DNA of 64,000 nt from Candidatus Bathyarchaeota archaeon (GTDB lineage: Archaea; Thermoproteota; Bathyarchaeia; Bathyarchaeales; Bathycorpusculaceae): contig CAWABA010000001.1 in NCBI GenBank assembly GCA_963780185.1, positions 96,001 through 160,000 of the forward strand, given 5' to 3'. Positions within the stretch are counted from its first letter, which is position 1; each line of letters begins with the position of its first letter. The notes below the pieces were generated by a model. That model did no database searches. It was not told the origin of the DNA and saw nothing but the letters and a program-made list of their open reading frames with translations. Both the position numbers and the translations under genes were made by a program. Positions 32,982 to 43,226 of the stretch are shown piece by piece.

Positions 32982-33040
32982 ATGAGGCTTGAGCCCAGCA
33001 TTCTTTAAAAGGCGAGTAGACTAACTGTATTTCGATTAGA

Positions 33041-33334
33041 ATGCAGACCGTTGAGAGGCTAAAGGCAACTTTGGCTTTACACAAGGAAGAGTTAAAGGAA
33101 AAGTTTAGGGTAAAAGAGATCGGGATTTTCGGCTCTTACGTCAGAGGAGAGCAAAAAAAGAGAAGCGACGTAGATGTCCTGGTAACTTTCTACGAGACGA
33201 TTGATCTTTTCACGTTTGTTGAGCTTGAAAACTATTTGAGCGATATTCTAGGGGTTAAAGTTGATCTTGTTATGCAAGAAGGGATTAAGCCTCGGTTGAA
33301 GGAGAGAATTTTAAGCGAGGCAGTTTACGTTTGA
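33041..33334 (+). CDS. mntA: Minimal nucleotidyltransferase antitoxin (MNT)
   Basis: [16 protein letters not shown] (GSx10DxD); VDLV. Confidence 0.9.
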   Translation: MQTVERLKATLALHKEELKEKFRVKEIGIFGSYVRGEQKKRSDVDVLVTFYETIDLFTFVELENYLSDILGVKVDLVMQEGIKPRLKERILSEAVYV

Positions 33335-33699
33335 GGGATTTTCAAGTCTACGTTGAAGACATAATCGACGCTATTGACAGCATAGAGGCATACACTCAAG
33401 GACTGACTTACGAGGGATTTGTCAACGATAAGAAAACAGTTGATGCCGTCATTAGAAACTTCGAGATTATCGGTGAAGCAACCAAGCAAATCCCTTTGGC
33501 AGTACGGAGAGACTATCCGAAAGTGCCTTGGCGAGATATGGCAGGAATGAGAGACAAGCTGATACATGGATATTTTGGCGTTCAATTAGATGTTGTTTGG
33601 AAAACGGTTAAGGCGCGTTTACCAACCGTGCGGTCTTTGGTAATTGAGGCTTTAGCCAATATGAAAGCTAAGATAAACGCACATCAAAATATCAGATAG
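33331..33699 (+). CDS. hepT: HEPN/DUF86 RNase toxin
   Basis: RNFEIIGEA; RDKLIHGY (Rx4HxY); overlaps MNT by 4 nt. Confidence 0.9.
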   Translation: MRDFQVYVEDIIDAIDSIEAYTQGLTYEGFVNDKKTVDAVIRNFEIIGEATKQIPLAVRRDYPKVPWRDMAGMRDKLIHGYFGVQLDVVWKTVKARLPTVRSLVIEALANMKAKINAHQNIR

Positions 33700-33749
33700 T
33701 TTATCTTCATTTCATTTGGGTTCAAAAATTTCTAACTCCCTTACAGCGG

Positions 33750-34715
33750 CTAAGCAATCTGTACTGGTTCGCGTCGATAAGTCATTGTAACCTTCTGGAA
33801 CAGCTTAACTATGTCCAGCGAGCAAAAGAACATTTTAGTCAGGTACTCATGTTGGTAAATCATCATCTGCGCCTTCACAGGCAAGTCAATTCGTGGAGGT
33901 TCAAACCTTCGTTCAACCGTGGAAACCTGAAGCCCTTCAACACTGACGTCATCTTCATGCATACCCGTTTTGTTGGCGATGTAGCCCAGATAGGTTTCTT
34001 TCCAGTTTAGCATCATGACTTTGGCGGCGGCAATATCCACGGCTAGGGCGTCGTTGCCTGTCAGCATTAATCCCATTTTGACGGGTTTGCCTTTTGTTGG
34101 ACCGTTGCCTTCAATGCCGACCCGTGCATCCATAATCGTGAGCTGCGGCTTGAACAGGGTGTAGAGGCGATAGAACACTTCAGGCAGGTAGGGGTGCAGG
34201 TAGATGCGTTTGTTGCTGGGGACGCAGCCGAAGAGGTTTTTGATTGCGCCGCTGTAAGCCATAAACTCGTGCGTTTTCATCAGGGGCAAATCCACGACGG
34301 CGTCGGCGTCAAGGACGGTTTTGGGTAGAAACAGCCGCTTCAATGGGGTGTTGCCCGCAAATTTTACTTCGACGAGTTTGTCTTCGGAGAGGTTGATTAC
34401 GGTGCCGCCTGCAGCCTTCACCGCAGCTTGGGCGCCTGTTTTATCGAAGGCTGTCCAGCAGGGATAATTGAACCCGTTGGATTCGCCTACGATGACTTCG
34501 CTGTTGCCGTCGCGGAGCAAACCGACGAGTTGCCGCATAAGCTCTGGGCTCGTCACCACGCCCGGCAGGTATTCGGGGTGGCTCAAGTTAGGCTTAATGA
34601 AAATCTTGCGTTTGCCGTGCAGCCCTGATTTAGCGACGGCTTCCTTTACAATGTCGCTTATGTCGTCTTTGGCACGGAAAATTTTAACGGTTTGTGGGTT
34701 AGGCACTGTTAGCAC
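33750..34715 (-). CDS. DUF362 family protein
   Basis: IKPNL, VTSPE, VGES, PLMKTH, GAIKNLFGC, GIEGNGP. Confidence 0.85.
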   Translation of the reverse strand: MLTVPNPQTVKIFRAKDDISDIVKEAVAKSGLHGKRKIFIKPNLSHPEYLPGVVTSPELMRQLVGLLRDGNSEVIVGESNGFNYPCWTAFDKTGAQAAVKAAGGTVINLSEDKLVEVKFAGNTPLKRLFLPKTVLDADAVVDLPLMKTHEFMAYSGAIKNLFGCVPSNKRIYLHPYLPEVFYRLYTLFKPQLTIMDARVGIEGNGPTKGKPVKMGLMLTGNDALAVDIAAAKVMMLNWKETYLGYIANKTGMHEDDVSVEGLQVSTVERRFEPPRIDLPVKAQMMIYQHEYLTKMFFCSLDIVKLFQKVTMTYRREPVQIA

Positions 34716-36126
34716 CTTTCACTCCCGTTATGCAGCCAGGGTCGCCATTAAGCATGTCACCGTTATGGTAAGCTGCTGAACGTGCCCTGCAGCCGCCGCA
34801 GATGAACTTGTAGTCGCATTTGCCGCAGGACCCTTTAAGGTTGGCTCTGTTTCGAAAAGCGTTGAAGAGCGGCGCTTTGAGCCAGATGTCTTGGAACTTT
34901 TCGTTTTTGAGGTTGCCCACGTTTACTGGCAGGAAGACGCATGGGTGGACATCGCCTTGAGGTGACAGTGAGCAGTATAGTCGTCCTGCGCCACATCCGC
35001 CGATGAAGTCGCCAAGCGGAACCGCTTTTTTAGTTACCTTGACTGTTTGCATGTGCGCCAGGGACATGGTTACTTCGCCTGTACCTGATGAACCCTGACA
35101 CTGCAGGGCTACACGCGCAAGCTGAGGCGCAGTGGCTAAGATTGTGGTTTTGCAGCCAGCAGACATACGATTCAGCAGGTAACGCAGCACCTTTTCGCGT
35201 TCTTGAGGCGACAAATCTTGGTCAACATGTGCTTTGCCCCGTCCAGTTGGAATAAAATTGAAGTAGGTGAATCGTTCCGCATGAATTTCCTCGGCTAAAT
35301 CGATAATGGCTGGCAACTCCGCCATGTTATTTTTGCCCACCGTCGTAGCAATGCAAACACACAGGTCAGCTTCAACACAATTCTTAAGGCCAGCCAAAGC
35401 CTTATCAAACGTGCCTGGGACGCCTCGAAACTCATCATGCGTTTTGGCAGAGGCGCCGTCTATACTGACGTCGATGTAGTTTACTTTAGCTTGCTTGATT
35501 TTCTGCACATTCTCTTTTGTTAGCAGAGTGCCGTTTGAAGCAAGTGACACGTAGAGTCCACGGTCAGATGCGTGCCGCGCAACCTCAAAGAAGTCACTGC
35601 GCGTCAAAGGTTCACCTCCGCTGAAAGCCAACGCAGTCACACCAGCATCCGCCAGCTGATCCACAACCGCCAACGCCTGCTCAGTGGTTAATTCTTCCTC
35701 TTGAACTGCGCCGCTGTTGGAGTAGCAGTGCTTGCAGGCTAAGTTGCATTTGTGGGTGAAATCCCAAACAACCAGAAACGGGGCGGAAAGCGACATGGGT
35801 TTTTTTATGCCGAAATAAGCAAACGACCGAACTAAATTAAGAACCGCTGTTCGGGCGTAGCGGTCCGACAGAAGCTTCTCTACTTTTTCACGCTTAAAGT
35901 TGAGGCTTCTGCGCAAAAACTCGATCCAGAAACCCACAACCTGTGAATAGAATCGGCTGCAGGCTTCACATTTTTTGTCCGTTTTGCCCGCGTAATCATC
36001 CAACGCTGCTTCAAGAACTGTCCTTCCGCAAGCAGGGCACTTCTTAAGTGACAGCTTGAGCATCCGCTTAGTCATCGGCAGCGTTATCACTGCATTCCAG
36101 AAGGTATCATGGCTAAGTAAGCTCAT
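34699..36126 (-). CDS. Radical SAM/SPASM protein with N-terminal Cys-containing extension
   Basis: WDFTHKCNLACKHCY, FSGGEPL, GCGAGR, PCVF, CGKC..ICGGCRAR..GDPGC. Confidence 0.88.
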   Translation of the reverse strand: MSLLSHDTFWNAVITLPMTKRMLKLSLKKCPACGRTVLEAALDDYAGKTDKKCEACSRFYSQVVGFWIEFLRRSLNFKREKVEKLLSDRYARTAVLNLVRSFAYFGIKKPMSLSAPFLVVWDFTHKCNLACKHCYSNSGAVQEEELTTEQALAVVDQLADAGVTALAFSGGEPLTRSDFFEVARHASDRGLYVSLASNGTLLTKENVQKIKQAKVNYIDVSIDGASAKTHDEFRGVPGTFDKALAGLKNCVEADLCVCIATTVGKNNMAELPAIIDLAEEIHAERFTYFNFIPTGRGKAHVDQDLSPQEREKVLRYLLNRMSAGCKTTILATAPQLARVALQCQGSSGTGEVTMSLAHMQTVKVTKKAVPLGDFIGGCGAGRLYCSLSPQGDVHPCVFLPVNVGNLKNEKFQDIWLKAPLFNAFRNRANLKGSCGKCDYKFICGGCRARSAAYHNGDMLNGDPGCITGVKGANSA

Positions 36127-36199
36127 CCGAGGCGAGTCTCCTGAAACAGCAACAGGGGAAGAGTAGGTTGGGCGGGGATGTTAAATATTTCCCTAAACG

Positions 36200-36817
36200 T
36201 TAAAATTTGGTTTTCATGATTTTTTCTGCTATTTCCAGGTCTTTGAGCGTGTTAATGTTGAGTAGGACTTCGAGTTCTTGCGTGATTAAGGCATTTGTTT
36301 CGATTTTTCCTTCGCCTTGGATTCTTGCGCCGTTTACAATGTTGACTCCTGACACCGCGTACCATATGCCCATGTACTCGTCGGTGGAGTCAATGGAGAG
36401 CCCCAAAGCTTCGCGGGCTTGAATGGGAACGAAAACCGCATAGAAATCTTTCCCGCAAGCCTCAAACTGGTTGACGATTTTGTCGAGAAACTTGCCTGTG
36501 ACAGCTGGCGAATCCGCTGGAACCGTCAAAACAGGACCCATCAAGTTGGCCATCCGCGTTGCCTGCTTGAGGTCGTTGTGGTACCCGTTGGCGTCGGTGC
36601 AAAGAACCTTCCAGCCCCTCTGCTTGCAGTGCAACTCGGTTTGGGGCGTGTTGGGGCTTGTGACCACGTAAAACTCGGAAACCCGCTCTGCGTCTGCAAC
36701 CGCTTCGACAACCCAGTCCAAGAGCGGTTTGCCCAGAAAGGGCAGAAGCGGCTTCTCCACTGGCAACCCGATGCGTTTGCCCCTGCCGCCAGCCATAATC
36801 AACGCGGGAACCTTCAT
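36200..36817 (-). CDS. cobY: Adenosylcobinamide-phosphate guanylyltransferase CobY (copy 1)
   Basis: ALIMAGGRGKR..EKPL, TSPNTP.T, GYHNDL, NINTLKDL; coupled to cobS. Confidence 0.85.
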   Translation of the reverse strand: MKVPALIMAGGRGKRIGLPVEKPLLPFLGKPLLDWVVEAVADAERVSEFYVVTSPNTPQTELHCKQRGWKVLCTDANGYHNDLKQATRMANLMGPVLTVPADSPAVTGKFLDKIVNQFEACGKDFYAVFVPIQAREALGLSIDSTDEYMGIWYAVSGVNIVNGARIQGEGKIETNALITQELEVLLNINTLKDLEIAEKIMKTKF

Positions 36818-37644
36818 AGAAGAATCAACACGCCTGCAAACAAAATAAGCGTAACTGCCCTTGCCACCTCGTTTGTTGCGCCGATGGCGTCGCCTGAAAC
36901 CCCGCCGAAAACTCTCTGCGAAACCTTCGCCATCACAAACGCCACTGGAACGCTAACAAGAACCAGCCCGACGGCAACCAACCCCACGTAAGGTTTGCCT
37001 ATCAAAGCGAAAAACGGGTAAACAATCAAGACTGAGAGCGGGTAGGCGATTGCGTTAAGTTTGGTTTTTGCTTTCTTCAGGAAAATCGAGCCTAACCCCT
37101 TATGCGTGGGTTTGCCGACCCAGACGATGGTAACCATGGATAGTTTGGCTGAGAGTTCGGCGGTGAGGATGGCTCCGAAAGCGTAGAGTGGGTTAATCAG
37201 GAACAAGCCTGCGAACGCGGCAAACTCTACAACCATCGCCAGCAGGGCTCCCCAGTAGGTTACGGTCCAGGCGTGGGCGACCATTTTGCGGTCATGGAGG
37301 TTTCGCAGTCCGAAGGCGTTGCCTAGGTCGATTAAGCCGTCGAAGTGTTGGAGTCCTGTGAGGACCAGTAGGAACGCGACGGTCATGGCGGCGACCGCAA
37401 GCTTCGAAAGCAAGTCAACTGGCAGGGCAACTAACGAGTTAACTAAGCTGAGCAGATAGTGGACTATGATGTTTACGCCGACAAAGTAGGTGCCTGCAAG
37501 CACGCCGATTAAGCCGCCTACGATGGGAAAAAGATAAACGTGCTCTGCAGTGGTGAATATGAAATCTTCTTTTCCGCCCACGGGGATTATGGTTAGGAAA
37601 GACAGCAAATCCCTAAAAGTTTTTATAGCTTTCGCAGGCGACAT
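36814..37644 (-). CDS. cobS: Cobamide synthase CobS (copy 1, altered motifs)
   Basis: SFLTIIP, FPIVG, TGLQHFDGLIDLGNA, FGGVSGDAIGATNE. Confidence 0.8.
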   Translation of the reverse strand: MSPAKAIKTFRDLLSFLTIIPVGGKEDFIFTTAEHVYLFPIVGGLIGVLAGTYFVGVNIIVHYLLSLVNSLVALPVDLLSKLAVAAMTVAFLLVLTGLQHFDGLIDLGNAFGLRNLHDRKMVAHAWTVTYWGALLAMVVEFAAFAGLFLINPLYAFGAILTAELSAKLSMVTIVWVGKPTHKGLGSIFLKKAKTKLNAIAYPLSVLIVYPFFALIGKPYVGLVAVGLVLVSVPVAFVMAKVSQRVFGGVSGDAIGATNEVARAVTLILFAGVLILL

Positions 37645-37691
37645 ATACCCTACAACTAGTGAATGGAAATATAGGCTTTGTCGTGGTAGTT

Positions 37692-38621
37692 ATGGGGGAC
37701 CTTAAAGGGAAAAAGATACTTGTAACGGGCGGAGCAGGGTTCATCGGGTTCCACCTATGCAAGAAGCTATCCGGTTTAACGTCTAACTTGACGGTTTACG
37801 ATAACATGTCAAACGGCAAAATGGAAAACGTCAAAGACGCGGCTGTGCCAAATTTTGTGAAAGGCGACATTCTTGACCTAAAAAAACTTCAGTCGCTTGA
37901 AAAACAGGAATTGATCTACCATTTAGCGGCCCAGGTCGTTGTCCCCTACTCCATGGAGAACCCGCTTATCGATTTTGAAACCAACGCCAAAGGAGCGCTG
38001 CATGTGCTTGAGAAAGCCCGCAAAGACGATGCAAAAATGGTTTTCGCGTCCAGCGCAGCGGTGTACGGTAACCCAACTCAGCTTCCGACCACGGAAGATT
38101 ACGGTTTTCACCCTGTCTCATGCTACGGCATGTCTAAGGTGGTCGGCGAAGAATACTGCCAGATGTACAGAGACCAATATCGGTTAGACGTAACCGTCGT
38201 GAGGTTCGCTAACGTGTACGGGCTCAGATGCCACGGCGTCATCCATGACTTCCTCGACAAAATCGCAAAGGACCCGAGCAAGCTAGAGATAATTGGCACG
38301 GGATTGCAGTCACGGGACCTGGTGAACGTCGCCGACGTGGTCGACGCACTCTTAACTGTGGGAGCAGACGAATCAACCAACGGCGAAGTCTACAACATCG
38401 GCATCGGGAAAACCACCAAAATCATCGACCTCGCCCACCTGATGCTCCAAATTCTTAACCTGCAAAACAAAACCAAAGTGACAACAACAGGCGTCTCTTG
38501 GCAAGGAGACATCGACACGATCTGGTTTGACAACTCCAAAGCCAAGAAAGCGTTACATTGGAACCCCAAAATAAGCCTCGAAGAAAGCATCAAAGAAGTC
38601 ATCGCTGACAGGAAACTTTAA
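37692..38621 (+). CDS. NAD-dependent nucleotide-sugar epimerase/dehydratase
   Basis: LVTGGAGFIG, HLAAQ, ASSAAVYG, YGMSK, RFANVYG. Confidence 0.9.
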   Translation: MGDLKGKKILVTGGAGFIGFHLCKKLSGLTSNLTVYDNMSNGKMENVKDAAVPNFVKGDILDLKKLQSLEKQELIYHLAAQVVVPYSMENPLIDFETNAKGALHVLEKARKDDAKMVFASSAAVYGNPTQLPTTEDYGFHPVSCYGMSKVVGEEYCQMYRDQYRLDVTVVRFANVYGLRCHGVIHDFLDKIAKDPSKLEIIGTGLQSRDLVNVADVVDALLTVGADESTNGEVYNIGIGKTTKIIDLAHLMLQILNLQNKTKVTTTGVSWQGDIDTIWFDNSKAKKALHWNPKISLEESIKEVIADRKL

Positions 38622-39514
38622 TGACTGCTCCAGCCCCAGCCAGAGGACTAATCGCCCTTCTGAGGCTTCCCTACTGGCTGATGACTGGCGGCTTATCTCT
38701 CTTAACAGCTTTTGCCATCACAAAAAACCCCACAGACCTAAACGTACAAACGATTCTGCTGATTTTCTTCTCGATGGCTTTCATAACATCCGCTGGCTTC
38801 GCAGTAAACGACTACTTCGACAGAGAAAGCGACGCATTAATCAAGCCAAAACGCCCCATACCCTCAGGCAGCCTGTCTCTTCGGCAAGTCGTGGCGGTTT
38901 CAAGCGTGCTTTTCACGGCAGGCTTAATCATGGCTTTATTCATCAACCCGCTCAGCTTCACAATAATCGCCGCAGACTCCGCCTTGCTGCTGGTTTACTC
39001 AACAGTTGTAAAGCGCAAGTCAGGGTTCGCAGCCAACGTCTTGGTGGGAATCCTAACAGGCACCGCCTTTCTCTTCGGGGAAGCAACGATCTCCAGCCCC
39101 CCAACCGTAAGCATAATTTCCCTGAGCCTGTACCCGATAGCGTTAGGCACAGTAGGCGGCAACATCCTGCGCGATGTGCTGAGCCTTGACGGTGACTCAA
39201 AAACGGGGTACCCGACGCTTCCGCAGAAAATCGGCATAAACGATTCAGCGAAGGTGGCGGCTGGGTTTTTCTTGTTAACTGGTTTTCTTGTGCCGCTTCC
39301 ATTCTTCGTTGGCGAGGGCAACTTTGACTTTTTCTATCTGGTGCCCATCCTTGTTTGGAGTGTGCTTCTGATTTACTCTTCAATTCGCCTAGCAACGGCG
39401 TCTTCGAATGTTTTGAATGTACGCAAGTATGAACGGGTAATTACCATGTCGATGATTCTGCTTCCGTTAGCGTTGATTCTTGAGGCAGTGTCCCACATGA
39501 TTGGAGGACTATAG
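38621..39514 (+). CDS. UbiA-family prenyltransferase, DGGGP synthase-like
   Basis: NDYFDRESD..KPKRPIPSG; YS..K; RDVLSLDGD...YPTLP. Confidence 0.85.
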   Translation: MTAPAPARGLIALLRLPYWLMTGGLSLLTAFAITKNPTDLNVQTILLIFFSMAFITSAGFAVNDYFDRESDALIKPKRPIPSGSLSLRQVVAVSSVLFTAGLIMALFINPLSFTIIAADSALLLVYSTVVKRKSGFAANVLVGILTGTAFLFGEATISSPPTVSIISLSLYPIALGTVGGNILRDVLSLDGDSKTGYPTLPQKIGINDSAKVAAGFFLLTGFLVPLPFFVGEGNFDFFYLVPILVWSVLLIYSSIRLATASSNVLNVRKYERVITMSMILLPLALILEAVSHMIGGL

Positions 39515-39515
39515 A

Positions 39516-40982
39516 GTGAGCGAAACAAAAAGTATCTGTCCAGAATGCCAGAAAAAAATAGACGCCCAACTGCGGCAAGCTAACGGCAAAATAAAAATCA
39601 CCAAACAATGCCCCGAACACGGCGACTTCGAAGCCACCCACTGGCAAAGCACACCCGTCTTCAACCACATGCAAACCTACGACCAATTCCAGTACCTCGG
39701 CGACTTAAACGCCCCCAAAAACCCAGAAGGCTGCCCCTACAAATGCGAAACCTGCACCGAACACGCCTCGGGTACGGTCATCGGCGTCATTGACGTGACG
39801 AAACGTTGCAACCTTCGCTGCGCAATTTGCTTCTCCACGTTTCCCGAGCAAGGAACCGACTATGAGCCAACCAAAGAGCACCTTGTAAAAATGCTTGAGT
39901 TCGTAAGTCAAGCTAACCCCAAGCCGCCAGCCATCCTGTTCTCAGGCGGAGAACCTCTCGAACGGGAGGACATGCCTGAAATCATCGGTGTTGCCCACAA
40001 ACTAAAGTTCATGACTATTTTGGCAACCAACGGGACCCATTTGGTTGACACTCCAGGGTTGGCGAAGAAACTGAAAGCCAATGGCTTAAACATTGTTTAT
40101 TTATCGTTTGACAGTTTTCACGACGATTTTAACACAAAGATTCGGGGAAAAGCGCTGCTTGAGGAGAAACTGAAGGCTATTGAAGTTTGCCGCAAATACG
40201 ACATGGAGATCATTTTAGTTAACACGTTGATGAAGAGCCTAAACGACAAAGAAGTCGGCGACATGATACGGTTCGCCGCAAAAAACACCGACATAGTCCG
40301 CGGATTAATCTTCCAACCCATCGCGTTCACCGGCAGAGCCACCGAGAACCCTTTCCGCGAAAACTTCCGCGAATGGTCCTTCGCAGAAGACGTTGAAAAA
40401 CAAACAAACGGCGAAATCAAAGCCACCGACCTATTCCCCATGTCCGTTATGACTTCGCCGATCAAGATAATGCGCAAATTCATGCAGAAGCCATGGCCCC
40501 TCTTCTCCTGCAGCCCACAGTGCGGCATCGTAAACTGGATCTACGTTTCAAAAGAGGGCAAAATGTTCCCCATTAACCGCTTCGTCAACTTTGACCGCTT
40601 CTTCTCCACCATCAGAAAAACCGCTGAATCCGCAGAATCCAGAGGCAAATTCTCGCTGCTTTCCTCACTGTTTATGGCGTCCATGCTTTCTATGAACATG
40701 TTGCTGGTGACGCAGGAAGTGGGCATGCTGACCTTGGTGAACTCGGTTATGCGTATGCATCTTTCGCCGTCGTATCAGTCGCTTGGCAAAATCCGCCGAA
40801 GAATCTTTCTGCTGGGCTGCATGGCGTTCATGGACAGCTACAACTTTGACGTTAACCGTGTCCGACGTTGCGTCGTGCACTACATCACGCCTGACCTGAA
40901 AATCATACCGTTCTGCGCCTACAACAACATCCACAGAGTCGCCATCGAGAAACAATACGCAGAAAAACAAAAAAAGCGATAG
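39516..40982 (+). CDS. tes: Tetraether lipid synthase Tes (GDGT-MAS/MJ0619 family radical SAM)
   Basis: CPEC..CPEHG N-terminal metal site, GCPYKCETC..H, CNLRCAICF, CSPQCG, MAFMDSYNFD, RCVVHYITPD..IPFCAYN. Confidence 0.85.
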   Translation: MSETKSICPECQKKIDAQLRQANGKIKITKQCPEHGDFEATHWQSTPVFNHMQTYDQFQYLGDLNAPKNPEGCPYKCETCTEHASGTVIGVIDVTKRCNLRCAICFSTFPEQGTDYEPTKEHLVKMLEFVSQANPKPPAILFSGGEPLEREDMPEIIGVAHKLKFMTILATNGTHLVDTPGLAKKLKANGLNIVYLSFDSFHDDFNTKIRGKALLEEKLKAIEVCRKYDMEIILVNTLMKSLNDKEVGDMIRFAAKNTDIVRGLIFQPIAFTGRATENPFRENFREWSFAEDVEKQTNGEIKATDLFPMSVMTSPIKIMRKFMQKPWPLFSCSPQCGIVNWIYVSKEGKMFPINRFVNFDRFFSTIRKTAESAESRGKFSLLSSLFMASMLSMNMLLVTQEVGMLTLVNSVMRMHLSPSYQSLGKIRRRIFLLGCMAFMDSYNFDVNRVRRCVVHYITPDLKIIPFCAYNNIHRVAIEKQYAEKQKKR

Positions 40983-41182
40983 TTCAACGGCCACGTTGAT
41001 ATCTGTCTTAGATAAGGTGTGGATGCCCTAGATAATTAGGCAAAATTCACTCTTGACCTTTTCCAGCGATGTCGTGCCCAACACCCTATTCCAGACATTT
41101 TTGGCTGTTCTTTTGGTGGAACAGGCTGTTCTTTAGGGAGAGTAATATCCGACTTTGAGACATTGTCTTTGAGCGAGTAGAA

Positions 41183-41947
41183 ATGCAATTGATGAAACGC
41201 CAAAAGATTGTTATCGCTTTTATCGTATCTGCATTGCTTTTAAGTTCAATCTTAGCTGTGACCCATGGCAACTTCAGCACTCGACAATCTGCAGCCACCT
41301 TAGAACTGCCAACTCCTCTGCCAACCCCTCTATCGTTTCAAGTTCAGGTTATTTTCCCCGTAGATAACCAGACGTATGGCATTTACAATGGACCCGAAAA
41401 CATTACATCAGACGAAACAGCACATCAAACTACATACAGCCTAATACTGCCGCTGAACATAACCGTGAACCAAGAAACTTCAAGAATTACCTATAGTCTG
41501 GATGGGTCTGACAATATTGATTTCAACGAAAATACAACTGCTGCTCTGACCTTGCGCTATGGAGTTCACAACTTAACAGCTTATGCCACCAACATCGAAG
41601 GTGTAGCTACTGAATCCAGCATAACATTTACTGTGGGTTACGATTATCTTCCTATCAATAAAATAACCCTGGAGCAGGTGCAGGAAGCCACCCGTTACTT
41701 TGAAAGCAGAGGATTAAGCGTCCAAGTCGACACAGTAGACGAAAGCAAATGGCAAAACCTCGGCCACTTTCTCTACGCTGGCTCGGTCGATGTGGTTTCA
41801 AAAGAGAATTTTGCGGATGTTGTAATTGCACGTGGCATAGACACAATTTGGCTCAGACAAGATTCCAATTATATTAGTTTTTACGCCAACTATTACGATA
41901 ATTCATGGTTACCGACAGTCTACGAATATTATGCAACCTTAACCTAA
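41183..41947 (+). CDS. Secreted protein with Ig-like domain
   Basis: N-terminal hydrophobic helix; ITYSLDG...GVHNLTAYA..G....ITFTV. Confidence 0.65.
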   Translation: MQLMKRQKIVIAFIVSALLLSSILAVTHGNFSTRQSAATLELPTPLPTPLSFQVQVIFPVDNQTYGIYNGPENITSDETAHQTTYSLILPLNITVNQETSRITYSLDGSDNIDFNENTTAALTLRYGVHNLTAYATNIEGVATESSITFTVGYDYLPINKITLEQVQEATRYFESRGLSVQVDTVDESKWQNLGHFLYAGSVDVVSKENFADVVIARGIDTIWLRQDSNYISFYANYYDNSWLPTVYEYYATLT

Positions 41948-41978
41948 CCAATATGGTCACTTTTTAGAAAGCTCAAGC

Positions 41979-42503
41979 TTAACTTACGACTTGAATCGGC
42001 AACACACAGAAGTCATACGTAAACTGCCATGAGCCGCCGTTCAAAGAATTGTAACTGTACAGTTCAAAAACAACCCAGTAGCTGCCAACCTGATTTTCAG
42101 TCACCGTGATTGACTGATGCCAGCTTTTCCCATCCGCCAAAGTCGTGTTGTAGGTTGCGGTGGGTTGGGTATTGACTGGGGATGAGTCAAGGTTGCTGGT
42201 TATTTTCACTTGAACTTGGTATTGCACGGTCCACCCCATGTTGTTGATAACTGTAAGCGGTACACTAAAGGTGCTGTTCTGGTTAGCAACCAGAAGCTGC
42301 GGGTAATTCTCCGCTTTGTTCTGTGCATCAAGAAGGTAAATCGTGCTGTACCCTTTCGGCGCGGGTTTGAAGAACACGTAGTAGCCTGCAAGCATCGACG
42401 CAATGATGATTAAGGCCAGAAAGATAGCGACTATGTAGCCTTTATCATCGTTTATGCCTATTTTCTTTCCAATGTTTTTGACAGACTCTAACCGTATCCG
42501 CAT
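41979..42503 (-). CDS. DUF1616-like membrane-anchored protein
   Basis: TM followed by YSTIYLLD..KAENYP; VVFELY. Confidence 0.65.
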   Translation of the reverse strand: MRIRLESVKNIGKKIGINDDKGYIVAIFLALIIIASMLAGYYVFFKPAPKGYSTIYLLDAQNKAENYPQLLVANQNSTFSVPLTVINNMGWTVQYQVQVKITSNLDSSPVNTQPTATYNTTLADGKSWHQSITVTENQVGSYWVVFELYSYNSLNGGSWQFTYDFCVLPIQVVS

Positions 42504-43182
42504 CTAGAAATCCCTTGAATATAGTGCTAAATATTTCGATACCTGACTTAAATGGTTTAAGCTTGGTCTTGCCGTATATCCGGGGCTTGTAGGTCGTGGG
42601 GATTTCAACCATATTGTACCCAACCTTGGCGAACTGCACCAGCATTTCCGTGGCAAACGCCATGTCCCCTTCTACCAGCGGCACGTTGTCAATGCATTCG
42701 TGTGATATTGCTCGGAAACCTGATTGGGTGTCGCTGAGTATTTGGCTGTAGAAGAAGTCGTAAACCATTGTTATGATTTTGTTTCCGATGAAGTTGGTGA
42801 ATCCCATCGCTTTTTTCGGGTCGAACATGCGGGTGGCTAAAACCATGTCCGCGTCCTTCTCAAGCATCCGCTCAACTAAGCGGTTGATGTGTTTTACTTC
42901 GTAGGTTCCGTCACCGTCAACCATAACGATGATGTTTCCCTTCGCGTTTTTCATGCCTGTCCGCAAGGCTATTCCGTAGCCGCGTCTTGGCTCAATAATT
43001 AGCCTGCAAAAATTTGTGTCTTTAACAAGTTCCATTGTTCCGTCGGTGGAGTTGCCGTCGACAACGATGATTTCGTTGGGGTACGCTAACTCTTTGTGGA
43101 TAGTGTTGACTGCCTCAAGTATGTTTCCTGCTTCGTTAAGTGTCGGAATGACCACCGAAACCATTTCGACTTTTGATGTCAT
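42445..43182 (-). CDS. GT2 glycosyltransferase (DPM-synthase-like)
   Basis: VVIPTLNEA, VVDGNSTDGT, DGDGTY, DTQSGFRA. Confidence 0.9.
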   Translation of the reverse strand: MTSKVEMVSVVIPTLNEAGNILEAVNTIHKELAYPNEIIVVDGNSTDGTMELVKDTNFCRLIIEPRRGYGIALRTGMKNAKGNIIVMVDGDGTYEVKHINRLVERMLEKDADMVLATRMFDPKKAMGFTNFIGNKIITMVYDFFYSQILSDTQSGFRAISHECIDNVPLVEGDMAFATEMLVQFAKVGYNMVEIPTTYKPRIYGKTKLKPFKSGIEIFSTIFKGFLDADTVRVCQKHWKENRHKR

Positions 43183-43226
43183 AGCTAAACTTTCCCTGCG
43201 AAGGCTATACTGTTTCCACATCTTGG

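Noticed and set aside
33041-33699. MNT-HEPN pair (and DUF433-DUF5615 at 49679-50288) as novel systems
   Set aside because: Both are well-known, widespread archaeal toxin-antitoxin modules.
34699-36126. RiPP maturase with precursor peptide, or AhbC/AhbD assignment
   Set aside because: No adjacent short precursor ORF and no ahbA/B genes nearby; left as a generic rSAM/SPASM.
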